A stretch of 64,000 bases of DNA, taken from positions 1,674,001 to 1,738,000 of the forward strand of contig MCFH01000002.1 of NCBI GenBank assembly GCA_002104945.1. The letters run 5' to 3'. Below, one piece after another: positions 1 through 18,685 of the stretch (the stretch's first letter is position 1; every line of letters starts with the position of its first letter). This DNA comes from Piromyces finnis finn. Lineage: Eukaryota; Fungi; Neocallimastigomycota. The notes under the pieces were generated by a model. It was not told the origin of the DNA. It made no database searches and was given only the letters and a program-made list of their open reading frames with translations. The translations under genes and the position numbers were made by a program.

Positions 1-1190
1 GTTATAGCGAATTTTTTTCTTTAAATAAAAGATTCTTAGATTTAGGATTAAAACCACCTCTTGAATTACCACAAAAATCGTCGATTTTTTCTTTTACTTC
101 TTATGACAATCCAAAATTTGTTGAAACTCGTCGACAAGGTTTAGAAGAATATTTACAAGCCATATTAGCTAGTAAGGATGAACGGTTTAAAAAGTTACTT
201 GAATGGAAAGAATTTCTAGGAATTTCTCAATCAAAAGTTAAACCAGAAGATGAAGAATATAGTGTGCTTTGTACATCAATGTCAACTACTAGTAATGATA
301 TAAGATTTAATGATACCGGTGGATATAATTCATGTTCTTTTGATATTACATCATCCGAACAATGGCTTGAAGAATGTCGTAATTTAGATTTAGTTATTAA
401 CGAAATAAGAACATGTATTGCAGCTCGTAATAAATTTGTAACTCGAAATGAAACAGCTGCTGCTTGTGAAGCAACTGTTTTAGCACGTAAAAATCATAAT
501 ATATTATGTACAAAATACGCAGAACTTGAACGAGAGCTTCACCTTCAAGTAGATGATTTTTATAATAATGCCCAACAACAACAGGAAGATAACAGTATTA
601 TAGTTGGTTCTAGTCCTAGTTTTTTTTCGTCAGTTCTAGGTACAATGAAAAAACAAAAGAGCAAAATGTTACTTTCCAAGAGTGAACTTTCTCGTCGACA
701 AGACTTATTAGAAAATATTAGAACAGAAAAAATACAATTGGAAAAACTTTTAGCCAATACAAAATTTAACGATAGCCTTTCACAAAACAATATTTCTGAT
801 AAAGTTTATTTTAGCGCTAAAAGTGGATCCAATCGTCAATCCAACAGCTTAGAAAATAGTTTTGGGAGTAATAGTGGAATTAAGCATAATACTTCTGCAA
901 AATCACGAAGAAAATTTGGTATTCAAATTTCACAAGAAGTTGAAGAAAGTACTCAGGGACTTGATAATACTCAAATTTTACAGCTTCAAAAAAATATGCT
1001 TAAAGATCAAGATAAAACATTAGAACAATTTTCTGCTATTCTTAATCGTCAACGTAAGATCGGTGAAACCATTAACCAAGAGCTAGATTTCCAAAATGAA
1101 TTATTGGATGATTTGGATGGCAATGTTAATAAAGTTCAATTAGGACTTGGTCAAGCTGAAAAGAGAATGAAGAAAGTTTTAAAAAAGTAA
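1..1190 (+). CDS. VAM7: PX domain + C-terminal Qc-SNARE protein (Vam7-like); 5' end lies outside the window
   Basis: The frame of ORF 264..1190 is open back to base 3 and reads YSEFFSLNKRF...LPQK...FVETRRQGLEEYLQAIL, a PX-domain signature. The C-terminus has a SNARE motif (DQDKTLEQFSAILNRQRKIGETINQELDFQNELLDDLDGNV) with no TM anchor, the Vam7 architecture. Confidence 0.85.
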   Translation, partial: YSEFFSLNKRFLDLGLKPPLELPQKSSIFSFTSYDNPKFVETRRQGLEEYLQAILASKDERFKKLLEWKEFLGISQSKVKPEDEEYSVLCTSMSTTSNDIRFNDTGGYNSCSFDITSSEQWLEECRNLDLVINEIRTCIAARNKFVTRNETAAACEATVLARKNHNILCTKYAELERELHLQVDDFYNNAQQQQEDNSIIVGSSPSFFSSVLGTMKKQKSKMLLSKSELSRRQDLLENIRTEKIQLEKLLANTKFNDSLSQNNISDKVYFSAKSGSNRQSNSLENSFGSNSGIKHNTSAKSRRKFGIQISQEVEESTQGLDNTQILQLQKNMLKDQDKTLEQFSAILNRQRKIGETINQELDFQNELLDDLDGNVNKVQLGLGQAEKRMKKVLKK

Positions 1191-4116
1191 GATTTTATAA
1201 TAATTTCTTATTTTAACAATGAAAAAATTAAATATACCACCACCACCGCCACCATTACTACTACTTTTAATAATAATAATAATAGGTAATAGTTATGAAG
1301 ATAAATCTAGTTTTTATATGCATAAAAACTAAAATTTTGAAAATATTATTAAGAGATCAATATATATACGTAATGTAATATAATAAATGAATGAATACTA
1401 TATATTATAAAAAATTATTAAAACATTTAAAAAGAAATTTAAATATAATTTTAATAAAAATCATACTTTGTAATTAAAACTTAAATTTAAAATATTAGTT
1501 TAAAATATATTTTATGAAATGATAGATGTTTATTATTATTTTTCAATGACTATTATTTAATATTTATAATATATGAAAAAAATTTATGCCATTAATTTGA
1601 ATATTTATAAAAGATAATAAAATTAAAATAAAATAATGTCAATTTAATAAATTATTATTAAAACTTTATAATCAATAAAATTTAATTTGATTTTCCAAAA
1701 TAGAGGACATTTATGAAAAAAGTTAATGATTAATATATAAATAATAAAAATACTTTTTTTTTATAATAAAAATAATTTAACAAAATTTCTTTATTATTTA
1801 ATAATATCTTTAATATTATTATATTAGTCTGATATTATTATTTAGTTTTAAAGTATATATTTTACCTGCTTTTTTTTTTTTTTTTTTCGTTTTGTTTTAA
1901 TTTGTCTTGCGTAGTAAGATGTTAAATAGACTTAATTTTATAATCTTTTTATACAATCCTCTCAATATATATTTTATTATAAAAATATAAAAATGACAAC
2001 ATACAAGGTGTGAAAATTTATCTATATAATATTAAGTAAATAATATATTGTGTTTATTTATTAAATTAGTATTGTATTTATGCTAATTCTATGTTTATTA
2101 ATGTTTGACCATAATTCTTTTTTAATTTAAAATAACCTAATTATATAATGAAAATTTCTAATCCTAATATATTGGCTAATAAAAAACCAATTCTATAGAT
2201 TATATAATAATATATTGAAATTAATTATTTTATTAAATAAATAAAATATTATATATTATCCTATATTAGCTATATTAAAGGATTCAAAGTTTAATTAATA
2301 GTAAAAATTGAAATGGTATTTTTTTTATTTGTCTTACCAATTACAAAAAACTTTTTAATAAAAAATAAAATTATACTATTTATATATATTATTAATATAT
2401 TAGATAACAATTCTTTTGATACATTATTTTTTTTTTAGAAAAAATAATAGTTTTATATTGACCTAAAAAAAAATATTTTCTTAATAATATTAGGTAGAGA
2501 GTAGAAAACTCAATTTTGTAACAAATTTATTATATTTTAAATCAATAGAAATATATAAAAGTCAAACAATGAAATGGTTTTATGTATGGTAATTTTTATA
2601 ATATATAAAAGTGAATAAATGAATGAATAATATAACTTTAATAAATACAAATAATATTATAATAATTAAAATAAATATAAAATCATAATAATATACTAAT
2701 AAATTAATATTTATTAATTACAGATTTTCTAAGCTTCTTTCTTTTTTTTTTTTTTTAATATAATTTTTATAATAAAAATAAATAAATTTTATTATATAAT
2801 AAATAATATTGAAATAATTCTTTTTTAAAAATACTTTTTTTTTTTTTTCAAATTTGAAAAAAAAAAAGGTAAATACTAATAAGTATATTACAAGTATATT
2901 ACTTATACTTTAATATAATCATTAACATTTTAAAAATATAATAAATCATTTAAAATTTAAAAGATATGAAAAATATCTTTTTTTATTTTTCTAATAAAAA
3001 TATTTGTAATCATATATAAAGTATAAAGTAAATAAATATAAATAATTATTCTTTTGCAATATTCAATATCTTCAATAAATTAAGCAAATAGAATATAATT
3101 TTATCAAAAATTTTAAAGAAAAGTTTTTAATAAGTACTTTTCTATTTAAATAATATAAACATTTAAAAACTAAAAACTAAAAAAAAAAAATACATTACAA
3201 TAAATAATAAAAATAAACCAATAAATAAATAATAAAATACAAATATTAAACAACAAATTTAAAGGAAGAAGAAAAGTAAAGCTAAAGAAGAGTAATCAAT
3301 AAATAAAAAATAAATACTTTACAAGTAGATATTTTCCCTTATAAATTTAATATATACAATAAATTAGTTATTTTACTTATTTTTTGTTTAAATGTATAAT
3401 TTATACTTCTGTTAAATTAGCTAGTCAAAAAATATAATTTTTAAAAATTTCAAATAATATTTATTGCATATAAAAAGAAAAGAAGTATATATAAAAGGGT
3501 AATTATTACATATGCATTTTGTATTTCTGTTTATTTAAATATGTAATTTTTTTTTCTTTTATAATGCAAATTATTTATTATTATTTCTATAGTGTTTATA
3601 TATATATATTTTTATTTTATTTTTTCCCTTCAGTTAAAGACAAATAAATTCAAATACAAATATAGAAATGATAAAAATTTGAATACTTATAATAATTTTA
3701 TAAAATGTATTAATTTAACATTTACATAATATTTGAAAAAATTATATTTTATATAATATGTTCTATCTACTAGACATAATGTACTTATTTTATTCTATAA
3801 TTAATATCGAATAGATATTTATTTAATTTTTATTTTATTATCATCTTTTTTAAAAAATAACAATGATAGTTATTAATATTATTTATTATTAATAAAAGAA
3901 TTTAATCATAGTATAAAATAAAATCATAAATTATAAAAACAATTTTTTATTGTATAAAAAATTTATTAGATAGCAACAATATTGATGAAATTAAAACTTA
4001 TTTAAAGAAGATATAAATTTCTTTAAATTAATATCGATGATATATTTATTTATTTTTATTTATTATATAGGAATATTTAAATATTTTCGTGAAAATCATT
4101 ATTTTTAGCGTAATTC

Positions 4117-7873
<3,757 letters not shown>

Positions 7874-8815
7874 TCAGAAATGAATAAAACATTAAAAATT
7901 CTAAGCATAATTGAATATCTTTAATTATCATACACAAATAACTACAAAGAATTTAAATAATTATCATACACAAATAGCTACAAAGAATTTAAATAATATA
8001 AATTATAAATAATAAAATAAAATTTAAAACAATTATAATAAAATTTATTATTAAAGAAAAAATAAAAAAAAAATATTAGAGAAAAAAAATATTTTATAAT
8101 ATATTTTTTTTTATTTTTGATAAACATTTATGTATTATAAATTATATTTTATAATACAAATAGATACATTATTAATTATGTAAAAATAATAATTACTTAT
8201 AAAATTAAAATAAAGGAAATATTAAAATAAATAAATAAACTAAAAGGTGTATTATACAATCATATTATTGATATTATATTTATAATAAAATGTTTAATAT
8301 TTAATATTTAGTATTGAGGATGATATAAAATATAAATTAGTAGATATTGATAAATTAAGCTTATTAAACTTTGTTATTGAAAATCATTTTCAAACAATAA
8401 AAATTTATATGTCATTAAATTTATATATCATTAAATTTATAATAGAGAAATCTTGTCAAATATATTATTGATATATATAAAAAATGATTATTATTATTAT
8501 TTTTTTTTTTTTTTTTATTTTTAAATCATTTGATAAATGTTCTTTTGAGCTAAATGTTTATATAAATCGAATTCTTATTTATTCATTAATGTATATGAAA
8601 ATTACAGAAAAGTTTTATTCAAATTCATTTTTACAAATAAATAACTTTAAATATAAATAATTTTAATAATTTAATTGATGAAATTTTGAAAACATACATA
8701 AAAAATCAAAAATCAAAAAAAACAAAACAAAACAAAAAAAATCTAAGGATATTTGATAAAAGTTTTTTTCATTACTTTTATAAATAGTTACAGAACCTAC
8801 AAAATAAAATAATTA

Positions 8816-8853
<38 letters not shown>

Positions 8854-8939
8854 CAATTATTACTTTTTTTTATATATTCATATATAAATTCAATTTTTTA
8901 TCCATTTTTTAAATAAATAATAATATTATTTTTTTAAAA

Positions 8940-11900
8940 ATGACAATTAATTATATAATTTACCCGGAAAGTATTAATGATTACTCGAATAGTAAAAAAT
9001 CACTAACTAATAAAAAAGATATAAAATATGTTAATACTGATACTATAGATGATAATAATATTATCAAAAATAATATGAATTATCCAATATCACTTGAAAA
9101 AAATGATTTCATTTATAATGAATACAATTTAATTAATCCTTTAAAAAATATTTATAATATACAGAAACATGTAAAAGACAATCATTCTTCATTTAATAAT
9201 TCTAATTCAGCAATATTAATTAAAAAAACAAGACAAATGAATTTTTGTATTAATGGAGTATCTTACCAGGAAAAAGAAAATATCAATGAAAATCAAAGTA
9301 AATATAAATTATAATAATGTTTATTATTATAAAATTTATTATTTAATAATAATAATAATAATAATAAATATATATATATATATTAAAGGTAAAATACCTA
9401 GTGATAATAGTAATACTGATAAAAGTAATAAAGAAAATATAGATGTAAATATTTTTTTAATGATTTTATATATAGTAATATAATATTAATATTTTAAAAG
9501 GATATAAGAATAATCTTTATATAATTATAATAAAAAATATGACGAAAAACAATACAAAAAAAAAGTTTTATAAAGTTTATAGTTTAAGACAACGTTACTC
9601 TCCTAGAAAGTATAGAATTGAACGAGAAGCCATAAAACAATTTGAAACTATTGTGAATTATGGAAATGGAAATAATAATGAAAATAATGGTTTACTAAGA
9701 AAAAATCAGCCATTTAAATTAAAACTAAAAAAAGATTATGAAATTCATGATGATCTTAATAATAATGATAAAAACACATTATATAAAAACTCTGTTACTG
9801 CGAAATTTATCGGAAATAGGGAGGAGGAAAATATAAATAATAATACAACTAGTGATGATCAAACTAATTCTAAATCGACTTTATTTCATAAAAAATTACA
9901 ATTTAATGACAACAATATACTATTTAAAAGTCAATACACTAATTTATCAGAATTTAAGTCTTATCTTATAAATTATGGTAAGAAATATGGAATACAAAAA
10001 TTAAAAAAAGTCTTATATGAACAATTTTTTAACAAAATATACGATAAAAAACCAAAACTTAATGCCTTTATACAGAATAGTGAAGATAATTATGGTAATA
10101 ATATAAATTCATCTGAAAATACATTAAATATTTCAAATATATATACAGATTTATTGAATGAATTAGAACAGGAGATAGAAAAAAATAGCAATGATTCAAA
10201 TCATTCCTTTTTATTAAATAAAAAAGGTGAGAATATTAATCAATGTGTTCCATTAACTGAAACAAATATATTATATAATGAATTAGTAGTAAAAAAAAAT
10301 AATAATAGCGCTCCTCCACCATCTACACTTCTACTGCAATGTTCTGATACTTCAAGAACTAAAAAAAATGAAATAGATAAGTCAATATATCATCCAAAAT
10401 TTGATAGGAAGACTAAAGAAGAATTATTAAAAAAAAAATTCAAAAATATCAGTCTTAACGATTCAGTTGGCCTAATACATGATAAAAATAGTTGTAATTC
10501 AATAAATAGTATAGATATCAACGAATATGATAGTTATGATAAAGATATAAATTTAGATAGTGAGCAAGAACATTTAAATAAAAAATTTAATGAAAAACAG
10601 CATGTTGATCCATATGAAATAATGAATTATAAAGTTAAAATGTACAACAATAAACGTAAGCATAATATTGAAAGGAGTAAAATTAATGAAAAAGTTAAAG
10701 AAAATGAAGAAGAATTTCCTGTTTTTAAAGATTTCCTTTATCCTAGATGGTATCAACATCAAAAATATTATACTAATGAAAATGAATGTAATTTAAAAGG
10801 TCTTGGTGGTTTATATGGTGTAAACCTTTCTGAAGATGAAAATGATAGGTAAAAATAATAATTCATTATACTATTGTAAAATGATAATCTTATTAGTTAT
10901 GAAATACATTATATAATTAAAAAATATATTTTTTTTATTGTTATTGTTATTAATAATTAAAAAATAATGTAGTGACCAAATTAAAGATATATATATCGAT
11001 AATAAAACATTAAAAAAAATAATTGAAAGAAAAAATATTAAACAAAGGTATGCCTCTATAAATGATGATGATGATGATAGTCAGGATTCTAAGGATTCAT
11101 TTGATATTGATCCAAAAGATCAAATATTAAATGAAATTGAAATAGTTAAAAAAGATTTAATCAACTTAAGAAAAAAAAATAAAGCCTTATGGAATTGTGG
11201 TCATCCTCGGCAAAATAATTTTCATTATCCTTCTCAAGATGAATCTATTAAATATTGGAGTTGGAAAAAAAGACATCCAGAAAATGCTGGTAAGTACTAT
11301 GATAAAATTTATATATATATATAAACCTCTTTTTATAAATAAATTAAATATGAAAATGATCATAATAATATTATAATAAACAATATTTATTTGTATATTT
11401 AAATTTATAATAAATATTAATTATGGTAATTTATACAGCAATATTATTACAAAAAAGACAAAAATTTAAAATTCAATATGAACAGAAAATTAGAAAAATG
11501 ATAAGACTGTTTGAATTAATAAAAGTTTTAAAACAACCTGACTATATTAATATTAATAAAGTATATATAAGTATAAGAAAAGAATTCTTTAAATTATTTA
11601 AAAAATTATATAAATGAATTATTTTTAATTTATTTTATATAAATTATACTACAATACTATAATATAATTTTATATAAAAGATTCGAAATGAAGAAAGATA
11701 TTATGGAAAGAGAAAAATAAAACCAAAATCACCACCTCCATTTTCAGTCAATGGAAAAAAATATCTTCAGTATGAACCAACTCAATTCTTGTCATCTCAT
11801 ATACCTAAAGATGAAACTAAAATAAAAAATCCAGAGAAATCGACAAATGATATTAATTTGAATTCAAGAAAAAGCATTCCGAAAATTAAAAGCCAATATA

Positions 11901-13126
11901 TACGAATGAATTTTAGCAATGCTCTTCCCGAAAAAATAAATAATATATATTATCAACAAGTTTCCAAAGATGCTAATTATATATCCAATTCTTCTTTTAA
12001 TAACACTGATATTAATAAAACAGATTATGATAATAAAACAAATGATAGGTATTATACTCTTTTTGATACTAATCATGGTATTAAGGAAGCTTTTGATAAA
12101 CTTTCTTGGAAAAAAATTGAATCCTGTAAATATAACAGTCCAACATCAAATGAATTTAAAAGAATATTCCATCTTAATTCTAATAAAGAATCAAATGAAT
12201 TATCTGATAATAATACAGCTACTAATAAGAAAATTCATATTAATAATATCAATAATGAAATTAAGAATAATAAAAATAATGAGGATTCAAATTCGTCAGA
12301 TGATACTACTTTTCTTAGAAATGAAGGAAAAAGAGAAAGTAATTACACTAAGCTAAGAAATAAAGAAATACATGATAATTCTATTGCTATTCATGCATCT
12401 GTAGTTGATGCCAATAGAAAGGAATGTTTACCAATGAATAAAAATTTAAAAAATTCCCAATATAATTCTCAATACAAATCTCAATATAAATCTAGAAGTC
12501 TTTCTACACGCTCAATAAATAGATCTAGATCAAGTAAAAGTTTATCTTCTTTATCTTCATCAAATCATCTATACGATTATAATAAATTAAATGATCCAAA
12601 TTATATGGAAAATTTAAAATATAAGTATCGCCATGATCCTGTAGGAAAGAAAACACTATTGGAATTACTACGTGGAACATATGTAAGAAATATCAATGAC
12701 GATGAAAATGGGATATTTTATAATAGCAGTTCCATTGATAGACTAAAATTAAAACAATCATCAATTAATGATAATAATATAGATACAGAGAAAAAACAGA
12801 CAAAAACAACTGGAAATGAAAAATCATCTAATATTAGAATAGTAGGAGTAGATAAAAGCCCAATTGAAGAAAAAATTGATGAATTTTCAAGAAAAAAAGG
12901 AAGATTATTAAATGTTGAACAAATGAAAGAAGTTTTATTAGATGAAAAAATTAATAAATTAGAAAATAGAAATAAAATATTAGAACCCAAGGCAGCTACA
13001 AGAAAAGCTAGTATTATTGATAACAATAAAATAGCTAGTAATAGTCGTCGCAATCATTTCTATAAGCAATTAGAAAAAATGAATAATAAATATAATGATA
13101 GTGCTTATGCTATGTTTGACATTTAA
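8940..13126 (+). CDS. Large (~1200 aa) N/K/S-rich hypothetical protein, about 6 exons
   Basis: Phase-consistent exons 8940-9297 and 9389-9444, then ~9509-10848, 10973-11289, 11439-11560 and 11681-13126, with GT/AG boundaries. The acceptor of exon 3 is uncertain. No recognisable domain. Confidence 0.7.
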
Positions 13127-13338
13127 TTAGTATATATAATAAAAATTGTAATATTACATTTGAATCTATTATTTTAAATATAAATCTAAAAATAAAAAAA
13201 AAAATAATAAATATAATACAAATACATAATGTATAATGTATGTAAATTAAATCTATGTATGAGTTACCATATATGTATATAATTATGAATAGTTTATTGT
13301 TTCTTTTAGAGATTTAATAATTAATTAAGCTTGATTAT

Positions 13339-13375
<37 letters not shown>

Positions 13376-13458
13376 TATAACTTTTTTTGGTAGATTCAAA
13401 ATCAAAAACAATATTTTTTTTTATTTTTTTTTTATTTTTGTAATAATATTAATTAAAT

Positions 13459-15405
13459 ATGGCAAAGAAAAAAAAGAGAGCTCAATTTAAACCATGGTGT
13501 TGGTAAAATCAGAATAGTAAAAATTATATATGTTTTATTAAATATAAGTATTTTTGGTCTAAAAATGAAATTAGCGAAAATTGATTAAAAATTACTATTT
13601 AGAATAATAGAAATATTTAAAATGGATAATTTATTACAAATACTAAAATAAACAAAGTAAAAATAAATTGTTATTAATAATAAATTAGAAATTAGTATTC
13701 ATAATCAATAAAATAAATGCAAAATAAATCAAAATATCTTAAAATTTTTTTAAAAAATAAATTTCAAATTTTGTAAATTTGATTAACTTAAAGTAATACA
13801 TACATGAAAGAAGAGAATAACAAATATATTTTATTATTTTATTATATTATATATGTATTTTTATTATTAAAATAAATTAAGATATTATAAAAGATAAAAG
13901 AAAGCAAAATATTTTTATATACATATATATTAGTTACATATAATATTAAAATTATTATTTTATATTAATATTTATTGATATATCTTATTTCATAAAAATT
14001 AAAGGTATTGTGAAAGAAATTTTGAAGATGAAAAAGTTCTTATTCAACACCAAAAAGCAAAACATTTTAAATGCCCTAATTGTCATAAAAAACTCAGTTC
14101 AACAAGAGGAATGGTTATTCATGCAGCTCAAGTACATAATGAAGAAATTAAAAAGTAATATATAAATAATAATTACTTTTAATAAAATAATTATAATAAA
14201 TTTTAATATATATATATATATATATTTTACACATTTTAAATAATAAATTATTAACATTAAAAGAGTACCAAATTCAATACCAGGTCATGATTCAACAGAA
14301 ATTGATGTTTATGGAATGGATGGAATACCAGAAGAAGATTACCAAAATCATATTGATAAAATGTCAGGAGCAGGGCCTTCAAAAAAAAGACATTTAGAGT
14401 CTCCACAATCACAGGAAGCTATTCAACAACCTTACACTGCAGCATCAACATTATCAACTCTAAATTCAGCTGTAATACCTCCAGGACAACCACCAGCTCC
14501 AACAAGTTTATATTCTACTGTATCATTAAGTAATTCAATTAATCCATTAGCAGGTAGACCAAATAGTGTATATACTGCACCACCTGTAATAACTCCACCA
14601 AGATATCCAATGGCACCAAACATGTATAGACCTCCTGTAACACCCTATTATAGACCTCAAATGACTTATCAAAATGGACAACCACGACCAAAGTAATATA
14701 ATACATTCTTTTTATATCAGATACAAGATATATATAACATATACCAAAAAATATATATTTATTAGCGTTTCTAATAAATAATTAATAAATTTTATATTTT
14801 CGTATTTTATATTATAAATTTAATGTTTGTTACATATTATATATATATATTATGTATATAAATAATAATAATAATAATAATAACAACAACAACAACAACA
14901 ATAATAATAATTAGTATGAATCAATATGTACCAAATTGGCAAAAAGGAAATATTGCGAGACCTCCGCCAAATCTTTCGACATTTCCAACGACAAATCCTA
15001 TTTCTGGAGCACCTGGAGCACCTGGATTAAATACAATTGGAGTTATACCACCACAAATAGCAGGAATGCCACCACCAAATCTAAGTCTTAATACAAATGC
15101 TACTCCTGGAATTCCTGGTTTTAGTTTATCAAATTCGTCAATATCAGCTAATCCTGTTAATGCAAATTCAACGATTGGAAATATACCACTTAAATTACCA
15201 ACTTCCAATTTAACTTCATCAACTACAGCTTCGTCATTAACAGCAAAACCTCCAGCACTTCCGACGATAAATACAATTTCAACTGTCGCAGAACCAAATA
15301 AGACAGAATCTTTATCGAACTCGAATTTAGCTGCTACAACCACTATTGCAACAACAACAACGACAACAACAACAGCAACGAGTATTTCTGTCATTAAAGA
15401 AAATG

Positions 15406-15461
<56 letters not shown>

Positions 15462-15791
15462 GAAATAAATGATGAAAAAATAGAATCAAAATCGAACATA
15501 ACTACATCTAATAATAATAATAGTAATAATAATAATATATCACTAAATAGTAGTACCAATGCAACTATACAAGTTATATCGTCCAATAAAATTAGTGAAT
15601 TTATTTTAGTATATTCTGATAATGATATATCAGTTGTAAGTTTTTTTTTTTTTTCTTTTCTTTTCTCATTAGAAAATAATAAAAATTATAAAGATTATTG
15701 TAAACTAATATATATATATATAATACTAAATTATAAAATATAGGAAGAAAAAAGGGCTAATAATATAAAATACAGATATACTCCAAAATAA
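13459..15791 (+). CDS. ZNF207: BuGZ/ZNF207-like C2H2 zinc-finger protein
   Basis: Spliced N-terminus [59 protein letters not shown]...[22 protein letters not shown], followed by a Pro-rich low-complexity region and C-terminal [25 protein letters not shown]. This matches the family. Confidence 0.9.
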
Positions 15792-17014
15792 AATATTTGG
15801 AAAATATTTATAATTTTTATATCTACTACAATTAAGTTATTTAAATTTAAATTAATATTTTCAATATTTACTTACTATTACTAATAATAAGTGAAATAAA
15901 TAAAAATAATAAAATATATATGCATTTTGAAAAAAAAAAAAAAAAAAAATATTTTTAATAATTTTTAAACATATTCAAAAGTTTAATATGTTATTTTTCC
16001 TTTTTTTAATTGAATAGGAATTTAAAAATTTAATTTTCATTTTATTATTTTTATTGTTTTGTTGCTTATATCTAAGAAATATAATCAAAATATACAAAGT
16101 CCATCCACGTATTTATTCAATAAAAATGAAAATCACAATTTTAACTTGTATCTTAATATACTTAATAGTTCTATTTTGAAAAATTTAAAGTAATAAAAAT
16201 CATCGATAAATATTTATATATATATATATATATTTAAAAAAAAATAAAAGAAAAAGAAAAAATATCAAATATATTACATACTATTTATAATTATTAATTT
16301 TTTTATTTTTTTTTTTTAATTTTTATTAAAAAAATATTTTTTTTAAAGATTTATTATATTTTCTTTAATATATTCTATACTTTTTAAGTTAATATATATA
16401 TTTATATATTTTTATTATAAATGACATAAAAAAAAGTAAATTATTTGTTATAATTAATGAATTTTTCTTTCACACTTCTTTTTGTCTTTATTTTTTGAAT
16501 GTATAAATTCTTTTAATTAAACTTAAATAGTGAAATTCCATTATTTTTATTATTAATTAGTTTTTTTTATTATTATTTTTTTTATTTTTTATTTTCATTG
16601 TTGCATTAAAATAAATTGTTAAAAATACTAACTTATTTATATAAAATATTATTTCTTTATAAAACAATATAAAATATTAAATAATAGTATTTTGATTAGT
16701 TTTGTGTTTAAATATTCTTCATTATTTTTATATTTATTAGTTTATTTTCATGATTCTGTTTTCCATTTTAATAAAAATTATAAGATTTGTTTTTTATATA
16801 TTTGTATGTATTATTGTTTGCTTTTTATAGAATGTTGAATTAATTAATGAATTATACATATAAAATAAATATTTTATAAAAAGATTCCTTCAAAGATCTT
16901 TCAATTTAATCTATAAAATTTATTATATTATTTATCAAAAATAATTTTAAAAGTTTAGTTTTCTTTCTTTTTGCCCATTAATAATACAACTTATTTTAAT
17001 GAAATTAATACTTA

Positions 17015-18685
17015 CTACCAAGCGTGAAGCATGTATTTTTGAGTAGCACATAAAGCTTGGTATCTGACGTCTGGATCTTCATGAGTCATTAATTCCATAA
17101 TGTGTTGCTTAGCACCAATATCTTGAACAAACTTTTTACCTTCTGGATGATACTTTACATATTGACCTAAATCGTTGCAAGCAACAGCAAGAACAGTTGG
17201 GTCAGTAGAGGTACTGAATAATCTGGTTAAAACTCTGAGTAATTCGTAGTTGTTTTCGTTTAATTTTTCAGCATTACTCTTCCAGAATTGTTCGGATTTG
17301 TGTGGTGGAGACCATTCAAGCTTACCAGAGAAGACTTCAGCAGAGTATTCATCGAAAGTACTTAACTTTTGAATGTTTTTGCTGAGTTCATCCTTTAAGT
17401 AGGTTAAGTCTTCAGTAATTTCACTGTCAGACCACTTACGACCTAATAAAGTTTCACAGAATGGAACCATTTTATTACCTAACATTGGAAGCATGTTAGC
17501 ACTTGGAGCCTTTTCTAACATGTTTCTGAAAGCTTGAAGAACAACACGAACAACCTTTTCCTTAATGGCGCTCTTAGCAATATCAATAAGAACTGGAATA
17601 ACATTGTGGGTTTTGTTAATTTCAGCACAAATAGATTCATCGAAAGTAAGTAACCAGATACAGAAAATAAGTTGGTATTGTAATTGAGAATTTGGATTCT
17701 TCTTTACTAAAACATTTATAATCCTTTTTTATTTATAAGTAAAATATTATATTAAAAAAATCATATTATATTATTTCTTAAATTTCAGATACGTAGCAAT
17801 ACTTACTTTGAAACACCATCACAGTTTCTGTAGAATTCAGATCTTAATGGAATAGCAGATAAGTAACCTTGGATGTATTGAGAAGCAAGGTCAACTACAT
17901 CCATGTTTTCGGAATCTAAAAGATTACTAGCCCACTTGAAAACTGGAGTGTAATCAATCTTGGCAATGTGATAAACATTGCTAAGGTAAGAAGAAATGAT
18001 ACGACCAGCAAGTAATTGAATGGTTTCATCGTCATTGGATAATAATCTTATTTTTAAAAATTATTAAAAATTTTAATATTAATTTTTTTTTCTTTAATTT
18101 AATAAAGTTAAATACTTACTTAACAAGAGAGTTTAAATTATCTTCATTAAAGTTATCAAGTAAAGAAACATCCTTAGCTAATAAAAAAGAAATTTTAATA
18201 TATTTCGTTTTAAATCCATTATCTTAAAAAATTATAGAACTTACTAGTAGCATCATCAAGTAAAGCTAAAGTGTTTTGAAGAGTTTCTAAAGTATTGACA
18301 TTTGAAGCAACGTTTAATAAAGCAGAAACGTACTTTAAAATAAAAAAAATTAATTAATTGATTATTTACATATAAAAATTTTTTAGTTTATTAAATAATG
18401 AAAATTAATAACTTACTTCTGGAGTTGGTTCACCCTTAGCAATGACTGAAGCTTGTTCAGAAGTAATGATATTGGCAGCAGAAATTGACTTTTATATTTA
18501 TTTATATCAATATATACATTATTTAAATTTAGTTACTTTTATTAATTTAATATTAATTAAATAACATTTCTTCATTGAAAACTTACATCCCAGGAAATTT
18601 TGTTTTGGAGTAACTTTTCAACCTTTTCGGTTAAATAGACGTTGTGGGAAGAAATAACCTTAGAGTCGATAATTTGTTCTGACAT
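17015..18685 (-). CDS. VMA13: V-type proton ATPase subunit H, about 6 exons
   Basis: ATG at 18685 (MSEQIIDSKVISSHNVYL...). The C-terminal domain LSTFDEYSAEVFSGKLEWSPPHKSEQFWKSNAEKLNENNYELL...VLAVACNDLGQYVKYHPEGK...DPDVRYQALCATQKYM is diagnostic. Confidence 0.95.

Noticed and set aside
1993-2735. Possible small multi-exon gene (ATG ACA ACA TAC AAG at 1993; exon-like pieces at ~2281, ~2494 and ~2724)
   Set aside because: The candidate exon at 2281-2314 has stops in all three frames, and no consistent spliced ORF could be built.
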